From Calcarisporiella thermophila CBS 279.70 (Eukaryota; Fungi; Calcarisporiellomycota): a DNA stretch of 46,269 bases. The stretch lies in NCBI RefSeq assembly GCF_041956535.1, contig NW_027192239.1:1-46269 (forward strand). The letters run 5' to 3'. Shown here one piece after another: positions 36,753 through 46,269 of this stretch; position 1 is the first letter of the stretch, and each line of letters begins with the position of its first letter. Made by a program: the position numbers and the translations under genes. The notes under the pieces are model-generated. The model made no database searches. It was not told where the DNA came from and worked only from the letters and a program-made list of their open reading frames with translations.

Positions 36753-37232
36753 CTATATTCTCGCTGGAGAATCAGGTTCCTTCCAATCACCTTCAGTTGC
36801 TCTGTGTATAAATAAACGATGTAAAATTGCAGTAATCTTATATCGTTTCTTTTTACGAGGGGGCTTAACATATTGAATTTTAGATAGAGTTTCACTTCGT
36901 TGAATCGCTCGCTTCAAGACATTGACGGACACTTCTATCCCATAATCATCCTTAAAGCATTTTTGTACCTCAGCTGCATTGGCACACTTTCCAGACGATA
37001 TCAACCTGGCAGCTCTCCTCTCATTACTCTGGCTTAAAACACGAATATGATCAGTGGGCAAACTTTTAATGTTGTAGTTAGGCGTCTTATTTTCCCTGAT
37101 TATCTTGGTAACCGCTGTGTAGTGTATATTTAGAGCACTAGCAATTTGGCGAGAAGATTCTCCTGCTTTAGATCGCTGGACAACACTTGCACGGATCTCG
37201 TTAGAGAGGCGTTTTGTAGCGGGACGAACTAT
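36753..37232 (-). mobile_element. Tc1-like transposase N-terminal paired HTH region lacking the DDE domain
   Basis: Open frame (I)VRPATKRLSNEIRASVV...GESSRQIASALNIHYTAVTKII...LSQSNERRAARLI...AAEVQK...VSVNVLKRAI...KP...DWK; ends where the catalytic domain would begin. Confidence 0.7.
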
Positions 37233-37729
37233 TCAAGTCCTACCTAAACTTTCCTCAACTAATTCGTTCGATAGTAATATTTAATCTTATCTTTTTATCT
37301 TATTATTTTTATTATTTTTATTATTTTTATTATTTTATTTCTATTATTTTGCTTAGACCATTTATCTCCTGATCGCAGTTATTTATCGCCTGATTATTAT
37401 ATCATCCGATTATTTCTTCGATTATTTAATTCATTTGTTTTTGTTTATGGTTCCTCACCAATTTGCTATACTATTATTATTAAGGTGAGGGCATCTAATG
37501 ATTTTTGGGATATTATTATTATTATTTTGATTAAAGACCAATTTGCTATACTATTATTATTAAGTCTACCAAAAAGGACCGCTACACGTTTAATATCGGT
37601 CAACTAAATGATGAATATTGGCAATATTTAAACGTATACTTTAAAAATAAAACAGAAGATGAAATGCTAAGCAACGGTGGGAAAGAGCACAAAGAAGTTT
37701 AAAGAAATGCGGTCTATATTTCAAGAAAG

Positions 37730-38330
37730 CCACAAAGTACTTTTTCCAAATCGAAACCCATGTGTTTCAGTTTGCCATTTGGAGCTTCATACTATGACTT
37801 CGCACCTACTCGAGAAACTAAAATGGGAAATAATTATATGGGCTACCTACTGTATACTTTCCCATTCGTTAACCAATTGCTCTGATACTGCTTTAGCTTG
37901 GATATAGAGTAACTGATTTAATGGTAATTTGTTGATAGTATTTGAAATATACCGAATTCTTCGCAATTAACTTATCATATAGGCTAAGATATCTGTAGTT
38001 GCTGCGACAATATGCAATCGATAACTCCGTGTTCTTTTGAACATTGGCACGGAAGCAAAGTCAATCAGTCAAGAAGTTATGTCCCGTTCCTGCCTTTTAG
38101 TACAGCCAAGTACCGGCGTGTTCAACAATTTTCCAACAGAATACAGCGATAGGGAAGACTTCAGTGTCAATTCAGCTAGAATCGATCTCCATGATAGAAA
38201 CAATGCTCGTCATTCCTGTATCTAGATACGATATTATTATCGATTTTACAATATTAAGGAAATATGACTACTATATTGGAGGCAAAGGTAAGATTTTATA
38301 TTACAATGGGGAGGGAGTAGTAAGTGCGAG
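37730..38330 (+). mobile_element. Highly degenerate LTR-retroelement gag/protease relic
   Basis: Broken knuckle CFS/CHLELH; LRVLLNIGTEAKSIS (compare VLLDTGA..NFIS); ETMLVIPVSRYDIII (compare YDIILG). Confidence 0.45.
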
Positions 38331-41300
38331 AATGTGTGAGAAATCAGGTTTGGTTATTTATTCGATTGAAAAAAGGGGGATACCACTAGGGCTGCCAGCA
38401 ACGCTAGGGCTGAAGGCGATTTTTCTGAAGTACACGAGCGGATCGGTTTTTTGCTCAAAAGATTTCCTTAGTATTTCACGAAAAACCCGGGTATAACCTG
38501 TCGTACGAATATCTTTCGACATATAAACTTCTCCTGAGAGCTACGATTGTTTCCAATCATTAAACTAGTGTTCAATCATAACTAGTTTCAAATTTCCAAA
38601 GTGCAAAAGGTGGGAAATCGAAAGCAGGGTTTTTCTGTTATTCCAAGAAATGAAGTATAGAGTCTTTATATAAATTGAGTAACAGAAGATTTTATGAACA
38701 GGCCTCCAGCTTTTTTCATTCTGCCAAGCTACATCACAAATTCTAATAAAGTCATTGCCACTGCACTCTGTGTTAAAATGGAAATTACAACATCCACGTT
38801 GCACTCCTACCCAACACAAATTCCAAGTTTCCTAATGTTCTAAACCACTACAACCTGAAATATAGGTCGGCCCTTTATACTCCTTACCGGAACAACTCTG
38901 GGTTGTTATATTAGCTCCGCCCGAGCAACTCTTTATCATCAGGAATAAAACAACAATGATATATAAGAAGTTCATTGTTAATTTATGTCTTAATACTTTC
39001 GAGAGAATAAGATGGTTAGAAAATACTTGTAGTTAGCCGTGTCTATGTATATTTTCAGGGATCGATTTAAGACTCAGTGGACTATATAATGGAGGTTTCA
39101 GATGGTGTAAAATCTGGATAATTTCCTTTAACATCTGAAACTGTAATCTCTATTTCACGCTTATTTTGTTTAAGCAGTTAAAGGCACCATGAAACAATTG
39201 CAATGCTGCTACAAATGTAGCAACCCATCTTTACTAAAACCTTAACCCACTGGAGCCTAAGGACAATATCCGGTTGATTTGAATAGAAGCACATCCTTCC
39301 ATTTCCTCTTAAAATATCATTCGATTGTATTCTCACGCTTCAAGCACAAAAATATTCAGTTTTATTCTTACTCTTCTGGTTGTATATAACAATCAAATTT
39401 GTTGCTAGGATATTTTGAGATTGAAGAGAAAGGTAATAACTCCGCTTCTTATTCCAAAATGCAAAACGCCCAAAATATATACCCAAAGAATTGTGATGTC
39501 AGCAAGTAATCACGAATATAAGAACTATCTAAAAAGTGACAAAATACGAAAAAAGCTAAGCCTCAAAACGATGGCTTGGCTCAGTCCCAAGTTGGGATTT
39601 TTTGCCAGGGGAGCTTAAAATTAGGCTGTTTATTTGCTTTAATAGCTTGTATAAACGTGTAAAATATTCATATCCAATTATATCAGAGTAATTTCTGTAT
39701 ATACAGTATATAGGATCCATTATGAGAAATTGCATAGTCAGTATTATTATCAAGTTTCTTTCGCTTCCCAAGGCACCATCCTTGTACACTGCCTAGTACA
39801 ATCTATAGCTTCTCCATTACATGAATAGCATCTGGCGTAAGCACCTACGTCATCATTATCTCCTATCCAGCACTTACCGTTATATACACGCCACGTCTCT
39901 CCGCAGCAGTATACGCAGATAATAACTAGGAGTTTATTAATTATCTCAACGACCGAATTTAAATAGGAAACATTTAGATACTTATACTTATTCTACTACA
40001 ATCAAGTCATATATTCCAGGTTTTAGCTAATTTATTTGGGATACAAAAGTCTAATGACGTGTAAAAGTTCACAAGAAATAATTTAGGAAATATAAAATAA
40101 AGAGATTGAAACTTTAATCACAATGAATAACGAAGTAAAGCTCTAATGCATGATTAAATAAGTGTGTGTGCTATAAAATATGCAAGTGTAACTTGATATG
40201 AAAAGAGACGAAGGCTCAGTCGTATTACAATACTCGCCCGGCGGAAGATATAATTCTATAATCTCTAATTCTTCAACTTATGCTTCAATATGACTTTGTG
40301 TTGATTATGGATTTCTCAATCAACCAGTAAGAATAGAAGCCTTCAAGTTTACACTTAAATATACCCACCTTAGAGTTTTTTGGATTAAGGTTGGCTAAAT
40401 AGTTATTGCTGAGGCTTTCAAGCGTATAATATATGCATAAATGATTTTCGTATAAAAACCAACTAACCCTAAACTCAATTCTGCAATATGCTTATTTACT
40501 CAATTCAATATTCATAGCCCATAATGGCTTCTTTCTTATAATAATCAATGAGAAACATCAAACTAAGGTAGTTGGGTTTATATATGTCTTAAAACCGAGG
40601 GCACAGCATATTTATTTATATTTTTATTTTAATATAAATAGTAGCATATTTTAAACAAAAAGATAGTTACGCGTAATTATGAATATGCAAGATAATAGTA
40701 TGATTTAAAGCAAAAGCTTATGTAAGATACAGGGACGTAAACTTGGTCAAGATATCTACATTCCTTTATCAAGTGGCAAAATATCGATTCATTCCCCAAA
40801 AAGGAAGCATGAAGAGCAATGCCTTCCAAAAAGTATTCCCAAGTCAAATACAAATGGTCAAATAGATTTTCAATGAGCCAAGGATAAGTCAAAGTAAGAG
40901 AAATGACATTTTAAAATAATAGGTTATGTGCTATTTATCTTACTTCAATCTTCATAGATTGAGTCGTTGTAAGAGAAGCCTTAGTACTTTTACATATTCT
41001 ATTTTTAACTTGGCTATCATTGTATTATGAATATTGCCATATAATAATACAGCTTCAAAGGGTGTACACACTTTCAGTTAACTAGCATTTTGTTCAATCT
41101 GTTTAATATTTATGGTAGCATATTATTGTACTGTATCATGATGTTCTTTGGATATTGTATATCCAAAGAATATTGGTGCAGTAACAAAATATTAAGCAGT
41201 CACAAAATATAAGAACCATCTAAAACTTACAAATATAACACTCTGTAATCAATAACTAACTCAGAAGCGCGAAAAATTAAACGAGAATAACCTCCATAAG

Positions 41301-41627
41301 AGCTGAAAAACTAGCGATATTTGATTGGCTGAAGTATTTTTTAATCACAATAATCGAACGTGAACAACCCCAATTTTAAATGTTATAATTTTGGCCCATG
41401 TTTAACTTTTAATTTAATATACCTGATATCACCAGATAAAAGATAATTAAATAGTTCCCCTGTATAAACCAATATCGTTAGCCAAAATTAAAAATTTATG
41501 CTCCTTGATAATAATGGCGAATTTTTGGGGATAAAAAAAATGAGAAATAGAGTTGAGTACTACACTTCTTTTCTCGATCTTACCCCTTAGTTATTATAGA
41601 AAGTATTTATTTATCAATAAGTGTAAG

Positions 41628-43113
41628 ATGGTGAGTAAGAAGAGTCGGTTGAATCAGAAATATTTTGTCTTTTCCGTTGTGAATTTGGTTATTATCCTTT
41701 ATTTCTTCTTTTTCAAAATCAATATTCGGCCTGAAGTTTACTCAGACTCGGAGCATGTGCAAGCCGACAAAACGAATAAAATACGAGCTGCATTTGTGGT
41801 CCTAATACGCAATTCTGATGGTGATAAAATAATAAACTCAATTCAACAATTGGAAGCGACCTTCAATCATAAATACGGGTATCCATGGGTTTTCCTCAAT
41901 AATGAAGATTTCACCGAAGATTTCAAACAAAGGATCAATACCGCTACAAATATTACCGCGTATTATGGTAAGCACTCTAGTACTTAACTATTTAATGCCC
42001 CTATATATCAATTTATTTTATAATTTTTATAGGTGTTATTCCTAAGGAACACTGGAGTTATCCGTCTTGGATTGATGAGGAAAAGGCAAAACATGCACGA
42101 GAGTCAATGAAGAATGTAATATATGGCCAAAGTGAGTCGTATCGGCACATGTGCAGGTAGAGTTTGTAATTTCTTGTCTACAAAAGAATGTTGTAAACAT
42201 GATGTTATGTATGGTAATAGATTTGAATCAGGATTTTTTTATCAACATCCGCTGCTCCAAAATATTGACTATTACTGGCGAGTTGAACCTTGGACGAAGT
42301 ATTACTGTGAATTAGATTTTGACCCTTTCCGCTTCATGAGCGAAAATAACAAGAAATTTGGTAAAGAAAATATTTATTAACTTTTATTCAAGCTCTCGAA
42401 CTTTGTACTTATTTTCAAAAATTCTAATAGGTTTTACTATTACTCTACCCGAAATCCCTGAAACAATTCCCACCCTGTGGAAGACAGTTCGTGGATTCAT
42501 CGCTGAACATCGACATCTTATACCTGCTAACAACTCTTTTGACTTTGTGACCAACGATAACGGCCTTACTTACAATTACTGCCATTTCTGGTCTAATTTT
42601 GAGATTGGAGATATGCGATTTCTACGATCTAAGGAATATACAACATTCTTCGAGTATATGGACCTCGCAGGTGGATTTTTTTATGAAAGGTGGGGAGACG
42701 CGGTAATTCATTCAATAGCAGCTGCATTGTTCTTGAGGAAAGATGAAATTCACTTTTTCAATGAGATTGGTTACTTTCACCCCTCTATATTGTAAGTATT
42801 CACCCTCTTCCTCTCTTCCCCTAATCAAATCCTTTCGGTCTCCATTATATCATTGCTCTTTTCCATTGCTTCAGTTTTTCATTATTCATTAAGGCATTTT
42901 AACCGATACCTTTAATTTATCTCCACTTATTCTATAGGCACTGTCCGTCGAAAAAAGTCAATGCGAAATGTTCATGTGACTTAGCACAAAGCAATGGTAA
43001 ATAAAGCATATTATTATTTATGACTTCTATCTAACACCTTGGCGATTACTTTAGACATGTACGAATCCTCTTGTACGCATAAATGGCTTGATATAAATGG
43101 AATAACCTATTAG
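41628..43113 (+). CDS. Alpha-1,2-mannosyltransferase, GT15 (KRE2/MNT1/KTR family); 6 exons (41628-41967, 42033-42156, 42221-42360, 42431-42791, 42938-42996, 43055-43113)
   Basis: Type II anchor; [56 protein letters not shown]. All introns are GT..AG and in frame. Confidence 0.95.
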
Positions 43114-43615
43114 TTTAATCTTAGTGCAAATGCAGCATTTTTATTCCAATAATTCCTATTATTCTTATTAGGTTCATAGGGGTTCTGAGGGTTGAAAAGT
43201 TTTTAAAAAAAACTACATAAAAATTTTTTCAAATATATTCATGCATGAGAGTGACTTGTTTGTTATTTTATTGCTTGGGATCAAGCCCAGAGTATTACAT
43301 CACCTCAAAATATTTAGAAAACATGAATACATATTTGATATTATTATGTACTTGTTTTCCAAGGTTAATCAAGCGTCTAATAAACTAGTTTTAAGCTCCG
43401 CTGGCAAAAATCCTAATTTGGGATTAAACCAAGCCATCAATTTTAGGGCTTAGCTTTTATTCGAATTTTGTTACGTTTTGTAGTTTCAGCTTGTCTTATA
43501 CGTGTGACTATTTATGACATCATCATTTATGCACATATATATATTGGCTTTTGGACTATGGAATAAACTAAGCGGAGTTTTCTCTTACTCTCCTATCTCA
43601 AACTATCCATAACAA

Positions 43616-44449
43616 ATGGCGATACCTTCCAAGCCTTCCAAGCCCATGGCGTACTATGACATCGCCATGCGCCAGCCAATCGAATCTAACTGCTGCTCAC
43701 CAAACCCATGGAAGGGCCGATTGGCTCTTAACTTCAAGAATCTTGATTATTCTACAACATGGGTTCATCTTCCCGACATTGCTAAAGTTCGTCGCGATCT
43801 CGGCCTGGAAGCCTGCCGCAAGTTTAGCGATGGCACCGAGTTCTATACACTTCCCATTCTGATTGATCCCAACACAGACTCGAAGATTGGAGACTCCTTT
43901 GATATTGCCGTCCACCTGCAAAACAATTACCCGGATGCGGGCTCAGGCAACCTTTTCCCCCCACTACAACTCGATTTCGTCTATGAACACAATCCGCTTG
44001 TTCCACTGTCAGAGCAGAGGGAGAGCGAATACGAGGAGTACGCCCGATTCAATACAAACGTCGACGCAGCATTCACCGCCCACATTCTTCTTTGGGTTCA
44101 CAGAATGCCCTTCGATCCTGCCACCGCTGACGCTTGCAAGGCCATCTTTTTGCAGCGCGCTGGCGCGAAGTCGTGGGACGATTTCGAGGCTAAGGGCGAA
44201 CTGCGGGCGACACTTAAGGAGTCTCTCCGTGCCATGCTGGGCAACCTTAGCAAGCTCTTTTTGAAGGACACCAGCGGGCCTTTCTTGTTGGGTGAACAAG
44301 CCAGTTATGCTGATCTGATCGTCGGAGCATGGTTGCGCATGATGAGCACCCTTCTCCCAGAAGACGAGTGGGCCGAGGTGAGGAGCTGGCATGAGGGCGT
44401 CTTTGGACGGATACATGACGCTCTGGAGAAGTACTCCAAGGTCAAGTAA
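43616..44449 (+). CDS. Glutathione S-transferase-like protein (fungal UstS/beta-etherase-like class), intronless
   Basis: YDI...SPNPWK.RLALNFK, TLPIL.D, IGDSFDIAVHL, GPFLLGEQASYADL. Confidence 0.88.
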   Translation: MAIPSKPSKPMAYYDIAMRQPIESNCCSPNPWKGRLALNFKNLDYSTTWVHLPDIAKVRRDLGLEACRKFSDGTEFYTLPILIDPNTDSKIGDSFDIAVHLQNNYPDAGSGNLFPPLQLDFVYEHNPLVPLSEQRESEYEEYARFNTNVDAAFTAHILLWVHRMPFDPATADACKAIFLQRAGAKSWDDFEAKGELRATLKESLRAMLGNLSKLFLKDTSGPFLLGEQASYADLIVGAWLRMMSTLLPEDEWAEVRSWHEGVFGRIHDALEKYSKVK

Positions 44450-44454
44450 GGAGA

Positions 44455-44989
44455 TGTACCGCATATCCTTGTACTCTTATCTCTTGACAATAAATTCAAG
44501 TTTATAATTGTCACACTTCTGTGACGTGACAATGGCGTTTCTACATATATTATATTATAAAGTCTTTGATTTTTTGTAAAGAATAAATTAATCAATCTTT
44601 TTCTTCTTGACTTACTTGATTTGGAATCTTTGGAACTCCAATCCCTCCAGAACTCGAGAAATCTTACAATTGGTAGCGACGAGTTCGATCTACATACGTG
44701 AAACTACTAGAAATCCAGAAAATTTTAACCAGAAACCAGACACCAGACACCAGAATTATTTTTACGAGACAACGACATTGAAATAATGGAACCGATTTTT
44801 GTACCAGCACCTTTCTGTATGCCTGAACCCGCCAGGTTTGGTGGCAAACACTACCCCGACGTGCGTGAATGGATTGATCAAGTTGAAAATTATTTTGTGG
44901 GAACGAATCCCCCTGAGCATATGAAGGTCCCGTATGCCGCTGCTTTATTCCAAGGAGACGCCCTTATTTGGTGGAGACATTTGATGTAG
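44455..44989 (+). mobile_element. 5' end of a second Ty3/gypsy element: LTR 44455-44668 (TGTA...TACA), PBS TGGTAGCG 44671-44678, truncated gag 44786-44989
   Basis: PBS matches the Ty3-type tRNA-iMet site; gag PARFGG...VREWIDQVENYF...FQGDALIWW. Confidence 0.8.
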
Positions 44990-45399
44990 CAGGACGACAT
45001 ATACAAAAGTCGATAATACCATAGAACGATCTTCAAGCGCAGGGTCACTTATAATCCATACAATATTGAGTAAAATATGTAAATCAGTATGAGAACGTCT
45101 ATCATCTTTGTAAAGAATGTCTTTATTACAGTATGCTGCACGAATGTATATGAAATTGAGGTGTTTTAATAAACACATTAATATCTATTTTATTTATCTA
45201 AACTAATACTTGATACTTCATTAATATAAAATACAAGGTCTAGCCTTTCCATCCATGCAGATATCGAGAATGTTTACAAAAAAAATATCCGAAACAGAGG
45301 GGGTTGAAATTGCCAAATATGTATATTTGACTTTTGCAATTTTTCCAACAAATCGATCCTTTTACTTATATCCTTTATCGCCAAGCTAATCCCTATTAT

Positions 45400-46269
45400 T
45401 TAGTAGAGGCTTCTCTGATAATATATATAGAAAAGACTTGCGACTGCATACTTCCGAGAGGTTTTTCAACGAATGCTTGCCTAACATCTTGTTAAGACGA
45501 TTTAGTTCAGATCCAAAGTTCGTCCTTGTTCTTAAGCCTTCAAGACTAATTATCGAGATAGAGTTATACCGTACTCCACAAGTTTTCAATGGAAAAGTGT
45601 TCCTAAGGCAGTAAAGGCCACTACCATACTTGTAGCTTAAATACCCTTCAACAAAATTTTGAATTTTTGGCCGTTTGCTTATTTTCATTGTCTGGTTAGA
45701 ATATATTCCTCTACTTGCCCATGTCATAGCATTAAAAAGTGCCTATGAAGGTATCGTGAAGAACAGTGTAGCTAAGTAATGCACACATTTCCCTATCTTT
45801 TTTCACAATTGGACAACGTTATGTTCACTAATACATCTTTTGCACACCATTGACTTTCCACGGCTACTCACCAGGGGTCGTGTTTGATTATTCCGGAGCT
45901 GTTCATCTTCCGCGTTTTATAATAATATTTCATCACTGTGTTCCTGAAGATACCGTATTTACAGATATTTGACCACACCATAGTCATCTGTTGCTGCAAA
46001 CTCTAATTGATGTGTATTTTGGAGAACCCGTCTTCTTTCAATCAAGTTCCAATCCAAGGAGAGGCTTTCTTTTGGTGACCTTTGCTGATAAATAGAATCT
46101 ATGCTATACTCTCCTTACGATATCAAGAGATGTTTTGATACCTTACACGTTTTTGAGGGCTGTTGTTTGCCTTAATTTCTCTAAAACACTAACTTTAGAA
46201 AACAAGTGGAGTGTTCTCGCGCTCGTTCTCCTTGCTCGATATTAGTGGGCGGTCTGAACGAGTTTTTTT
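45400..46269 (-). mobile_element. Degenerate Tc1/mariner (DD34E) transposase relic running off the window end
   Basis: Across stops and frameshifts: RSDRPLIS..ENER, GKSMV, F*PDNENKQTAK (FQQDNDPKHTAK-like), W*WPLLP*EHFSIENLW (WPSQSPDLNPIENLW-like), NKDELW. Confidence 0.75.

Noticed and set aside
37300-37350. (ATTATTTTT)n run
   Set aside because: Ordinary low-complexity AT sequence.
38565-38860. Possible LINE endonuclease relic on - (VV*NIRKLG, DFIRICD)
   Set aside because: Similarity is too weak to support without a profile search.
44985-45220. Possible further solo LTR interrupting the second gag (TGTAG...CTTCA)
   Set aside because: No matching TSD, and gag does not resume afterwards.

Overview
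Eukaryotic, AT-rich, intron-containing fungal DNA. The gene set (Crinkler effector, GT15 mannosyltransferase, I9-S8 subtilisin, chromoviral Ty3/gypsy elements) suggests an early-diverging fungus (Zoopagomycota/Mucoromycota-like); this is inference and no species is assigned. It reads as an accessory, transposon-rich region. In order: tRNA-Leu(TAA); a secreted subtilisin; a spliced SIT/DHA2-type MFS transporter with clustered SreA-type GATA boxes, convergent on an intronless bacterial-type enterochelin esterase (Fes); myo-inositol oxygenase; an ACS-family MFS; two tandem YbjQ/UPF0145 genes; a small secreted protein; a Fungal_trans protein without a zinc cluster; a membrane-protein pseudogene; an SDR; a solo LTR with a perfect TSD; a class-3 lipase; a dead chromovirus whose 3' half is inverted between two identical inverted LTRs; a Crinkler with NTPase, REase and ComEA-type HhH domains; Tc1 and retroelement relics; a KRE2/MNT1 mannosyltransferase; and an intronless ascomycete-like GST with an LTR inserted 5 bp after its stop. 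Best leads: (1) a putative iron-regulated siderophore-piracy module (transporter plus a possibly horizontally acquired Fes); (2) the inverted gypsy element carrying an inverted 5-bp target duplication; (3) the HhH-tailed Crinkler nuclease; (4) the candidate horizontally transferred GST. All calls come from motif recognition and manual reading. No database searches were run.
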